Assembly: GCA_025061115.1 (NCBI GenBank)
Contig: JANZKC010000002.1
Span: forward strand, 467,092-531,091
From: Candidatus Culexmicrobium cathedralense
Lineage (GTDB): Archaea; Thermoproteota; Methanomethylicia; Culexarchaeales; Culexmicrobiaceae
Direction: 5' to 3'
DNA: 64,000 bases
This document shows, in pieces, positions 40,126-48,730 of this stretch. A model generated the notes under the pieces. That model did not search any database. It was not told the origin of the DNA and worked only from the letters and a program-made list of their open reading frames with translations. How positions within the stretch are numbered: the stretch's first letter is position 1; each line of letters opens with the position of its first letter. The position numbers and the translations under genes were made by a program.

Positions 40126-41001
40126 TTAACCCGAGCGGCAAAGGCTTGGAAGCACATTAAGAATCGACAGCGTCGCGATCACAGCCTCCTCAGTCCTCAC
40201 AGTCTCGGTCCCCTGCAGTGGAATGGTGTTCAAAATGAAGTCCGAAACCTCCTCCAACCTAAATCCCTCCCGCCTAGCAATGCTGAAAAGCCCCTCATGA
40301 GGAGAGCCGAAAAGCACTAAAACGCTACTTGAAATTGAAAGCCTCTCAGCCAGCTTCTCAGCCACCCTGTGAATATGCGACCCATACTTCGAAGTTGCAA
40401 TGATCAAGTCAGCATCCAAATCCGAAATAGTTCTCCTAAGCCCCTTACCAGTGAATTCAACCTCAAAACCCCAGTAAACTCCAACCTCCTCCCTAGAAGC
40501 AAGCTTAACACTAACGCCGCCCCTACGCTTAACAACCCTCACCGTAATTCTCGACCCAACAGGCAATGTCCTCGACAGCGGAAAAAGCTTGTCCAGCCCA
40601 ATATCAACGAGGGAGCCCCGCCTCCCAGACTTAACCACAATTCCCTCCCTAAAGGAGCTCCTCCCCATCTTCTCCACATCGCGCTCAACGGCATGATGAG
40701 GAGCTCTAAGCGGAGGTAGAAGTCCAGCATATTTCAAAAGAGGAGACAGCTTGAACAGCCTTTTCCGAAGATACTGAGGAGCATCTAGAAAGCGGAGGAC
40801 TTGACACAAAAACTCTCCCTCACTCTCAACGCCATGCCTATCCAAGTAAATAACTATCCTGTCAACCCTGAATACGGCGGCAGCCCTACCAATAACTCCA
40901 GCCCTAACGGTCTTATCCCTCAAGTGCGGGAGATCCGAAGTGTAGCTAGCTGGAATTGCTATTGAGAAATGCGGTTTCCTTTTAGGGGGAGGCCACGTCA
41001 A
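40126..41001 (-). CDS. Putative RNA methyltransferase, SPOUT1/DUF171 family
   Basis: IGRAAAVFRVD, PQYLRKRLF, GLLPPL, QGTETVRTEEA; conserved upstream of rpl3. Confidence 0.88.
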   Translation of the reverse strand: MTWPPPKRKPHFSIAIPASYTSDLPHLRDKTVRAGVIGRAAAVFRVDRIVIYLDRHGVESEGEFLCQVLRFLDAPQYLRKRLFKLSPLLKYAGLLPPLRAPHHAVERDVEKMGRSSFREGIVVKSGRRGSLVDIGLDKLFPLSRTLPVGSRITVRVVKRRGGVSVKLASREEVGVYWGFEVEFTGKGLRRTISDLDADLIIATSKYGSHIHRVAEKLAERLSISSSVLVLFGSPHEGLFSIARREGFRLEEVSDFILNTIPLQGTETVRTEEAVIATLSILNVLPSLCRSG

Positions 41002-41068
41002 AACGCAACACCGACTAAATTGGGTAGCACTACGAAATATAAATTAAGGCGGAGATTCAAGGTTTCAC

Positions 41069-41126
41069 CGCCGATGATTGATTTGCCGAGTGCTGAAGCG
41101 TGATGACCCAATCATGCACTGAGGCG
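41069..41126 (+). ncRNA. Box C/D methylation-guide sRNA
   Basis: Terminal stem CGCC/GGCG; box C CGATGA (41072-77), D' CTGA (41093-96), C' GTGATGA (41100-06), D CTGA (41119-22). D' guide ATTTGCCGAGT is complementary to conserved 23S ACUCGGCAAAU. Confidence 0.85.
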
Positions 41127-41129
41127 AAA

Positions 41130-42587
41130 CTAGCCCTTAGTCACGCCTAATGGAACCAGCCTAGCAACTAGAGTTGCAATGCCAAGCTTATGTGAAACCT
41201 GCGCGACCATGTCTATGTTCTTGTAGGCCTCAGGAGCCTCCTCACATATTACCCGCATACTAGCCGCTCTAACCAAAATACCCCTATCCTCAAGCTTCCT
41301 CCTAACATCCCTAGCATAGAACTGCCTCTTGGCAGCAGCCCTGCTCAGCATTCTGCCCGCGCCATGAGCAGTTGACCCAAAGCTAATTTCCATAGCCTTA
41401 GGCTGCCCCAAGAGCACGTACGAGGCAGTCCCCATGGAACCTGGAATCAGAACAGGCTGCCCAACATCCCTATACTTAGCTGGAACATCCGGATGGCCTC
41501 TTGGGAAAGCCCTAGTAGCACCTTTACGGTGAACGAAAACCCTGCGCCTCTCACCATTAACCCTATGCTCTTCAAGCTTAGCTATGTTGTGAGCAACGTC
41601 GTAAACAAGCTTTAAGCCAAGGGATTCAGCTGATGATTTAAATACCCTCTCGAAAGCCTCCCTAGTCCAGTGCATGATGCACTGCCTATTAGCCCAAGCG
41701 AAGTTGCATGCAGCAGACATAGCTGCAAAGTAGTCTTCAGCCTCCCTACTATTAGCAGGAGCGCAGGCAAGCTCCCTATCCGGAAGCTTAATCCCATACT
41801 TGTGAACAGCCCTCTCCATAACCCTAAGGTAGTCGGAGCAAACTTGATGCCCAAAACCCCTCGAGCCAGTGTGAATCATTATGGTGACCTGCCCCTCATG
41901 GGTTATTCCAAGGCGCTTGGCAACTTCAGGATTGTATATTTTATCTACATACTGGATCTCAAGGAAGTGATTGCCGCTTCCAAGCGTGCCAAGCTGATTA
42001 GATCCCCTGGACTTAGCTCTACTGGAAATTTTGTCCGGATCAGCCGCCTCCATTCTACCCCTCTCCTCACAGAACTCAGCGTCTTCAGGCCACCCATAGC
42101 CATGCTCTATAGCCCACTGAACACCGGAAACAAGAACCTCATCGAGCTGGGATGTTGAAAGCCTAATCTTACCAGTTGAACCTACTCCTGACGGTATAAG
42201 TCTAAACAGCGTGTCTAAAAGCTCGGGAAGAACCTTGACTACATCCGCCCTATCCAAGTCCGTTCTAATGAGCCTAACACCGCAGTTGATGTCATAGCCA
42301 ACTCCTCCAGGGCTAATCACTCCCTCCTCAGCGTCTAGAGCAGCAACACCGCCAATTGGAAAGCCATAGCCTTGATGGCCATCAGGAAGAACTATAGCAT
42401 ACTTATATATTCCAGGTAGATGAGCAATGTTGACGCACTGCTCCAAAGTTAAGTCCTGCTGCATCTTTTGAAGAAGATACTCATTAGCGTAAACCCTTCC
42501 GGGAACCCTCATTCCAGGCTTAGTTCCCTTCGGTATCTCCCAAACGTATGCGTCGATTTTCCTTAAAGAAATTCTCGGCATAAACAA
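41130..42587 (-). CDS. rtcB: RNA ligase RtcB (tRNA-splicing ligase)
   Basis: LPDGHQGYGFPIGG, GYDINCG, GSGNHFLE, HTGSRG, HRKGATR, STAHGAGR. Confidence 0.97.
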   Translation of the reverse strand: MFMPRISLRKIDAYVWEIPKGTKPGMRVPGRVYANEYLLQKMQQDLTLEQCVNIAHLPGIYKYAIVLPDGHQGYGFPIGGVAALDAEEGVISPGGVGYDINCGVRLIRTDLDRADVVKVLPELLDTLFRLIPSGVGSTGKIRLSTSQLDEVLVSGVQWAIEHGYGWPEDAEFCEERGRMEAADPDKISSRAKSRGSNQLGTLGSGNHFLEIQYVDKIYNPEVAKRLGITHEGQVTIMIHTGSRGFGHQVCSDYLRVMERAVHKYGIKLPDRELACAPANSREAEDYFAAMSAACNFAWANRQCIMHWTREAFERVFKSSAESLGLKLVYDVAHNIAKLEEHRVNGERRRVFVHRKGATRAFPRGHPDVPAKYRDVGQPVLIPGSMGTASYVLLGQPKAMEISFGSTAHGAGRMLSRAAAKRQFYARDVRRKLEDRGILVRAASMRVICEEAPEAYKNIDMVAQVSHKLGIATLVARLVPLGVTKG

Positions 42588-42613
42588 CCCCCCAATACAA
42601 GTTGACTGAGGGG

Positions 42614-42627
42614 CAAAAAGCTTTTTG
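42614..42627. promoter_or_regulatory. Perfect 14-bp palindrome CAAAAAGCTTTTTG in the divergent rtcB / HTH-gene spacer
   Basis: Seen directly; may be overlapping BRE/TATA elements or an operator. Confidence 0.4.
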
Positions 42628-42635
42628 GTAGTGGC

Positions 42636-43109
42636 GTGATAAAAATTGCGATGAGAGTTAAACTAACGAGAATATTAAGCCCCGAAGAGCTTCTTAAGAT
42701 GGAGAAGAACTTAGAGGCAAAGTACGGAGTGGCATTTAGAGAGCTGGTCAACCAGTACTTAAGAGGAGGAAAGCGAAATTCCATATACTCCAAGTGGGCG
42801 AAGCTCCACTACGCCTACATGGCCTACGAGGAGGAAGGAGAGCTCAACTTCACATTCGACGAATACGTGCACGCACCAATAAGCAAGCTAATGAAGATAT
42901 TCACCGAAAAGAAAATTAGAATTTTAATGGAAATAGCTAGAGGCGTTGAATCCATAAGCGACCTCGCGAGGAAAGTCGGAAGGGACGTAACCAACGTCTA
43001 TAGGGACCTCAAAATCCTCGAAAAGCACAAAATAGTAAAGCTCGAGAAAGCCGGTAAGCGCGTAATTCCAAGGATTGCAGTGGAGAAATTAACCATCGAG
43101 TTCACCTAG
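42636..43109 (+). CDS. Winged-helix transcription regulator (HVO_A0114/COG4190-like C-terminal domain)
   Basis: IFTEKKIRIL...SISDLARKVGRDVTNVYRDLKILE...P pattern. Confidence 0.75.
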   Translation: MIKIAMRVKLTRILSPEELLKMEKNLEAKYGVAFRELVNQYLRGGKRNSIYSKWAKLHYAYMAYEEEGELNFTFDEYVHAPISKLMKIFTEKKIRILMEIARGVESISDLARKVGRDVTNVYRDLKILEKHKIVKLEKAGKRVIPRIAVEKLTIEFT

Positions 43110-43112
43110 CAC

Positions 43113-43547
43113 CTAAAGGTCGAGAACAAATTTGACGACGCATTCACCAGGCCTATCAACTATCTCCATGAGAGAGTAGGTAACCGCCTTAACACCAGTC
43201 CTCCTCTCATGCCTTGAAGGATCGAACTTCTCGCCGAAAACCTCAGCTTCAAGAACATACTTTCCATTCACCAACTCAATTCGCTTAACATTAAACTTGG
43301 AGAAAACAAGCAAATCAACTTCAAACATGAAGAGAAGCTCCTCAAGCCACATATATAGGAGGGACTCCAAATCCTCACCTTCAACTTTAACGTCGCGCTT
43401 CACCCTAGGATTAACTTTGGACGTGTCAGTCATGACTTCAAACATGGCCTTAGCGGCATTCCCAAAAGCCTCCCTCAAATCCCTTCCATAAGCAGCAATA
43501 TAGGCGTCAGCCATGTGATCGAGAAACTCGAACTCCCTGCCAGCCAT
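43113..43547 (-). CDS. Archease (RtcB cofactor)
   Basis: FEFLDHMAD, LLYMWLEELLF, VKAVTYS, FVLDL C-terminus. Confidence 0.95.
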   Translation of the reverse strand: MAGREFEFLDHMADAYIAAYGRDLREAFGNAAKAMFEVMTDTSKVNPRVKRDVKVEGEDLESLLYMWLEELLFMFEVDLLVFSKFNVKRIELVNGKYVLEAEVFGEKFDPSRHERRTGVKAVTYSLMEIVDRPGECVVKFVLDL

Positions 43548-43643
43548 GATTCATCACCAATCACTAGCGAGTGCGAGATTAAATCTCTAACGCCAAGCTA
43601 ACTGCGAAGCAATTATATAACTGAGCATCTTAAGAGCTTATGA

Positions 43644-43755
43644 GCCGGGGTGGCCGAGCGGACTAAATGAGCATCACAGCTCAGGTAAAGGCGCAGGCCT
43701 TGAGAGCCTGTGCCCCATGCGGGGCGCGTGGGTTCGAATCCCACCCCCGGCGCCA
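43644..43755 (+). tRNA. tRNA-Ser(TGA) with a 23-nt non-canonical D-arm intron (43667-43689, about 22/23); CCA encoded
   Basis: Removing ATGAGCATCACAGCTCAGGTAAA restores the D-arm GCCGAGCGGACTAAGGC; CAGGC-CTTGAGA-GCCTG anticodon arm; long variable arm; GCCA end. Confidence 0.9.
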
Positions 43756-43910
43756 TATTCCAAGCTAAAGATAAGCCGCCTTCTTGCTCTTTTCGGCTAA
43801 AAGGCCGCTAAAATCGGACTTGAATATTGCGCGGCATCTTTATTTCGCATCCCGGTTCGAACCCTCAAACTCATTATACCGGCGTGCCATTTCTTTTTCG
43901 GGGCTGCGCT

Positions 43911-44632
43911 TTGGGCTCCGATACAAGAAGCAAGGTCCTCAGCCTCCTAAGCGACTGCAGACCTAGAAGCTTTAGCGAGATAGTTAGGGAGACCGGGCTC
44001 GGCAGGAAGGCCGTTGAGAGGGTGCTCTACAGGCTGTGGAAGGAAAGATTCTGAGGAGCGAGCGCCAGTTCATGGAGGCCCAGCGGATCTTCAAGGGCAG
44101 GGGAGAAGTCACGCGAAACCTAAGAAAAAACTATCTCTACGTCCTTAAGCCGGAGGGGAGAGATTCCGTGAAGATAGACGGCGTGCACTTCGTCAGGTAT
44201 AAGGAGAGGGAGACCCCGAGGCTGAGCTATGAGTTCCTAAAGAGTAACTGTGGCAGAGCGTTCTTCTCAAAGGAGATAGCCGAAGCGGTCAAGGACAGGG
44301 AAATCAAGCCGCCGGACGTGATGACGAGCGTCAGAAGGCTTGGGAGGAAGGGACTGGTCTACGTGAGGGGCTACAGGTCGGGCAGCAGGAAGACACCCTT
44401 CAAGGAGGGCTTCCTGATAACTTGGATAGACCCCTCTAAACCGAGGGAGCTGGCGATGGAAGAGGCTGTGGAAAGAACCGAGTGCACGCTGATGGAGAAG
44501 GTTGCGTCTAGCCTGCTCATGCAGAGAATAAGGATGGTACGCGACCTAGCCTTGCTGGTGCTGGAGCGAGATCTTCCATCAGGCTTGTCCGATCAGCCAC
44601 ATACTTTCCCATCTACTTCTTCTTCGGAATAA
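43911..44632 (+). pseudogene. Frameshifted, truncated multi-winged-helix protein
   Basis: TTG start at 43911; wHTH SFSEIVRETGLGRKAVERVLYRL; frameshift near 44040 into GKILRSE; second wHTH AFFSKEIAE; degenerates after ~44545. Confidence 0.6.
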
Positions 44633-45170
44633 TAATCTTCCCCTTCGTAGAAGAATGCTATGGCGATTTATCTCTAGGTCTCAGAGTACCAGGCTTAGAA
44701 GTGATAACCCCCAAAGTTTTTAGAGGTTTCCTATACGTAATTACCCTATTACCAATAATGGCATCAATAAAGGAAAATGGAAACATCAGCCATAGCCCTA
44801 TTCTCAATGCTATTCATACCCGGAGCCTTTCTCCCTCTAATATTAAGGGCTACCCCCTACAAATAGTCCCATTCCACCTACTAGCGGACTCATAGTTTAC
44901 GGTTTTATCCCATCAAAAATCCTAAGTAAACCTAAACTAAGCTATAGATCATCACTGACCTAAGATTAAAAGTATACTATCACACAAAGATATGCATCAA
45001 TCACCAACTCCTCTAGAAGACATTGAAAAGACCAATACAGTCCTCAAATCAGATTCAAAACACCAAGGAAAACATTAACGGTAAGCTCTAATGCTTAACC
45101 TAAATTACATGCAATACCAATAAACCTCACATGATCGTCAAAGCTCTAAGTAAAATTAAAATATATCCTA

Positions 45171-45198
45171 CTCAGAAATAAAACCTCAGAAATAAAAC
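45171..45198 (+). repeat. Perfect tandem repeat (CTCAGAAATAAAAC)x2 upstream of a wHTH gene
   Basis: Seen directly. Confidence 0.8.
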
Positions 45199-45322
45199 CG
45201 TCTGCATCCTTATCCATACTTATTTATAAAAAACAAGGAAATTCTAATAAAATGACATAGTTAATAAATAACTGAAAAATAAAAAACACTAGACTATGAT
45301 CGTCCACAGAGGTTGAACGACT

Positions 45323-45640
45323 ATGAGAAAACGTTCAAAATTAGAAATCTATTTAGACATCCTAAAAGCAGTTTCAAAGAAAAGCCAATTAACACATATT
45401 GGAAATTTAGCTAATCTATCTTGGAAAGAAACAAAGAAAAACCTGGAAATTTTAATAAAAAAGGGCTTTGTAAAAACTGTTAGAACACCAAAAAGAGAAG
45501 TTCAATATACACTCACAGAAAAAGGTTTAGAGGCGCTAGAAATCATTCAAAAAATTGTGGATATACTATCATCAAAAGAACAAGCATTATATGCCGCACA
45601 GTTTAACATCAAAAACGCCTATAAAAGTGAAAACGAGTAG
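45323..45640 (+). CDS. Small winged-helix regulator (RSKLEI / HTH_45-like family), paralog 1
   Basis: RSKLEIYLDIL...ANLSW...YTLTEKG. Confidence 0.85.
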   Translation: MRKRSKLEIYLDILKAVSKKSQLTHIGNLANLSWKETKKNLEILIKKGFVKTVRTPKREVQYTLTEKGLEALEIIQKIVDILSSKEQALYAAQFNIKNAYKSENE

Positions 45641-45799
45641 TAGGATATGGATTATTAGGCGAAAAATTTTATTTTATACTGACACCCATTATAGTTTCAC
45701 GTAAAATTTCAAAATTCTTATACTTTTATTATAAAAAAGCATAAAAGTTACATCTTTAACATAAATATAGGGTAAATTTTAAAATTTGAGGGAGAATAA

Positions 45800-46606
45800 A
45801 TGAGGCGCAAGAACGAAGATAAGAGAACCAAGCTTCTTTGCGCCTCTAACAACGTCAAACTTTGTTGGTTAACAATATTTACATCTTTACTCATTGAAAC
45901 TATAGTAAAAGTTAACCCCTTCATCGCAGCCAGAATCATAGAGAAAGCAGCAACATTAAAGTGCAATCTCATATTGCCCATCCTTGAGAAAATAAGCATA
46001 GAAACCTTAGCCCATCTCCTAATTTTAATTAAAAGAGCTCCATCAACACCCAAAAAGGCTGCACGACTTTTTGAAAAGATGAGCCTAGATAAAGCTGTAA
46101 AAATTGTCAAGATTATAATAGAATTAGAGGCATTTGAGGATCTTAGCGAAATACTGCATAGTCTTTCAAGTAACAGGTTAAATGAAATACTAGAAAGATT
46201 AACGGACACTGAAAGAGCTCAATTACTACAATATTTAAAGCCAGATACAATTGCAAGAATACGACCTCAATTACTATGTCTCCCTGATTTGATCATTGAA
46301 TCCATAAGACTTTCACCTTCAAAGCCAAAAGTTAATGAGGAATGTATAATCAGTGTTTCAATAGCAAATATTGGACAAGCCAAAGCATGGTCATTTGACG
46401 TAGATTTTAGAATTAATAGCAAGACAGTGCAGACTAAGAAAATCAAGGAGTTAAAAGTTAATGAAAAAATTAATTTAAAATTCATTTGGAAACCTTGGAA
46501 GCAAGCGACTTACAAGTTAACTATCGTCATAGATCCAGAGAGAAGAATCTACGAACTGGACAAAGAAAATAACGTTTTCTATGTTAACATTATTGTAGAT
46601 GAATGA
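45800..46606 (+). CDS. MgtE_N/MotE-like helical-repeat domain + CARDB (Ig-like) domain protein
   Basis: PKKAARLFEKMSLDKAVKIV repeats; C-terminal PDLII...NIG...IDPERRIYELDKENN CARDB signature. Confidence 0.65.
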   Translation: MRRKNEDKRTKLLCASNNVKLCWLTIFTSLLIETIVKVNPFIAARIIEKAATLKCNLILPILEKISIETLAHLLILIKRAPSTPKKAARLFEKMSLDKAVKIVKIIIELEAFEDLSEILHSLSSNRLNEILERLTDTERAQLLQYLKPDTIARIRPQLLCLPDLIIESIRLSPSKPKVNEECIISVSIANIGQAKAWSFDVDFRINSKTVQTKKIKELKVNEKINLKFIWKPWKQATYKLTIVIDPERRIYELDKENNVFYVNIIVDE

Positions 46607-46708
46607 AAGCTACAGACTATAATCTCCTTCATATTTTTAAACCTTTATTCTAAACAGTTTTCCATCACTTTAACATAAAAGACGAAATTAATAGAAATCA
46701 ATGAAATT

Positions 46709-48730
46709 TTACAATAATACTTGTGTAATCTTTGCTTTTCTCTTTCTTCTAATTAGAGCGATAGGATCCAGAATCAATACTACTTTCCCATCTCCTAAAA
46801 TGGTCACTCCAGCCACTCCATCAATTCTCTTTAAGCGCTCATCTAGTGACTTAATCACTATTTCTTGCATACCTTCTACAGAATCCACTATTAATCCAAA
46901 ATTAACCGGTTCCCTGTTTATAACAATGGCAATATAATTTTCACTCTCAATTTGCGGATACCCAAGTAATCTTCGAAGACGAAATATCGGCAATACTTTA
47001 CCTCGAAGATTTATGGCTTCTACATCCCCAATTTTCTTTAATTCAGACTTTTTAACCTTAATTATTTCAGCTACTTGACTAAGAGGAATAGCGTACAGTT
47101 GATTTACAACTTTTATCAACAATGCCTTGACAATAGCTAATGTGAGAGGAAGCTTAAGAGTAACCTTTGTGCCTTTCCCTACACTAGACTCTATTTGGAT
47201 GGTTCCTCCCAGTGATTCTATTTTTGTTTTCACCACATCCATACCTACACCTCTACCTGAAAGCTCGGTCACTTTCTCCGCTGTAGAAAAACCAGGTAGA
47301 AAAATTAAATCAATCAGTTGCCGTGCCGTCATTACATTAGCTTCAGCTTCACTTATTATGCCCTTCTCCAAAGCTTTCATTTTTATCTTCTCTGGATCTA
47401 ATCCTGCGCCATCATCTTCCACTATGATTAAAATGTGGTCCCTCCTCCTTTCAGCAATAAGTTTCACCACTCCTTCCTCAGGTTTTCCATTTCTTTTTCT
47501 TATTTCTGGGGGTTCAATGCCATGATCGATAGCATTTCGTAATAGATGCAGTATCGGCTCACCGATTTCATCTAATACTGTACGATCAACTTCTATTTCT
47601 TTTCCTTTAACCACAAAGTTAACTTTCTTCCCCAGCTTTCTAGCCATGTCTCTAACAAGACGGGGAAATCGATTGAAAATATGCCCAATAGGAACCATTC
47701 TAATGCGCATAACTAAATCCTGCAAATCAAAAGTGAGTCTATCAATGTTATCTAAAATGTTTTTTAAGAAATCCAGTTTATGCTCAGACACTAATTTGGA
47801 GAGATGTATCTTGCTTATTATAAGCTCGCCAACTAGATTCATCAACTTATCAAGATCTTCTCTACGAACTCGAACTGTCTGAACAGTACCAAAATCCGCT
47901 TTAAGTTTAGGTTTAGAGTGAATAGGAATCTTATTATTTCTTGGAGAATCAGTTAACCCCTCCAAAGCCTTTTCCTGAAAAATCTCTTTTAATCTTTTTA
48001 CTTCAAAACCACTTATTTCAGAAATATTGTTCATAATTTCTTCAATCTTCTCCTTTTCACATTCACTCATTAGAACTACATTGAGCATCGTCCCATCAAA
48101 GTCTCCTTTTTCTATTCTCTTAATATCTGGAAAGCAACGCAAGATCTTCCCAATCTTCTCAAGAGCTAGAACAACTTGATAAAGTCTCGCAGATTTAAGA
48201 GGACAACTTTCATCTACCTTAATAGTTAGAAAGAAACACTTGCTTATGTCTCCAATTGATTTAATATAATTCTCCAATGTCCTTAATTCCTCTCTGTCAA
48301 GAGGAGGAACACTTACTTCTTTTTTGATATGATCTTCTTTTTTAACTATGCTCTCAAGCCTCTCTATAAGATAAAGAAAAGTGTTTTCATCTTCTTCTTT
48401 TACTTTTCCATTCTCAATTTGATCTATTTTTCTTTCTAAAGCATCAATGCATTCAAAAAGAACATCAATTAGATCGGGTGAGGGATGAATTAAACCTTTA
48501 CGTATACCATCAAAAATATCCTCCATTTTATGGGTTAATTTTTGAATTTTTGTGAAGCCCATCATTCCTGAGGAACCTTTAAGTGTGTGTGCTGCTCGAA
48601 AAATCTCATTTACCAAATCACGATTCCCAGGATCTTTTTCAAGCTTTATAAGGGACTGAGTTATAATTTCTAATTGCTCTTTTGCTTCTTGAATGAAAAT
48701 ATCCAAGTATTGCTTCATTTCATCATGCAT
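46709..48730 (-). CDS. cheA: Chemotaxis histidine kinase CheA
   Basis: HPt IFRAAHTLKG, P2 domain, LMNLVGEL, HLLRNAIDHG, GRGVGMDVVK, CheW domain. Confidence 0.97.
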   Translation of the reverse strand: MHDEMKQYLDIFIQEAKEQLEIITQSLIKLEKDPGNRDLVNEIFRAAHTLKGSSGMMGFTKIQKLTHKMEDIFDGIRKGLIHPSPDLIDVLFECIDALERKIDQIENGKVKEEDENTFLYLIERLESIVKKEDHIKKEVSVPPLDREELRTLENYIKSIGDISKCFFLTIKVDESCPLKSARLYQVVLALEKIGKILRCFPDIKRIEKGDFDGTMLNVVLMSECEKEKIEEIMNNISEISGFEVKRLKEIFQEKALEGLTDSPRNNKIPIHSKPKLKADFGTVQTVRVRREDLDKLMNLVGELIISKIHLSKLVSEHKLDFLKNILDNIDRLTFDLQDLVMRIRMVPIGHIFNRFPRLVRDMARKLGKKVNFVVKGKEIEVDRTVLDEIGEPILHLLRNAIDHGIEPPEIRKRNGKPEEGVVKLIAERRRDHILIIVEDDGAGLDPEKIKMKALEKGIISEAEANVMTARQLIDLIFLPGFSTAEKVTELSGRGVGMDVVKTKIESLGGTIQIESSVGKGTKVTLKLPLTLAIVKALLIKVVNQLYAIPLSQVAEIIKVKKSELKKIGDVEAINLRGKVLPIFRLRRLLGYPQIESENYIAIVINREPVNFGLIVDSVEGMQEIVIKSLDERLKRIDGVAGVTILGDGKVVLILDPIALIRRKRKAKITQVLL

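Noticed and set aside
12545-42158. Numerous long antisense ORFs (e.g. 15153-15737, 28435-28983, 35503-36216, 41670-42158)
   Set aside because: All are shadows of well-supported genes on the opposite strand and carry no recognisable motifs.
43851-43890. GGTTCGAACC T-loop-like sequence downstream of tRNA-Ser(TGA), a possible att site
   Set aside because: Does not match the tRNA 3' end beyond the loop and forms no T-stem or acceptor stem.
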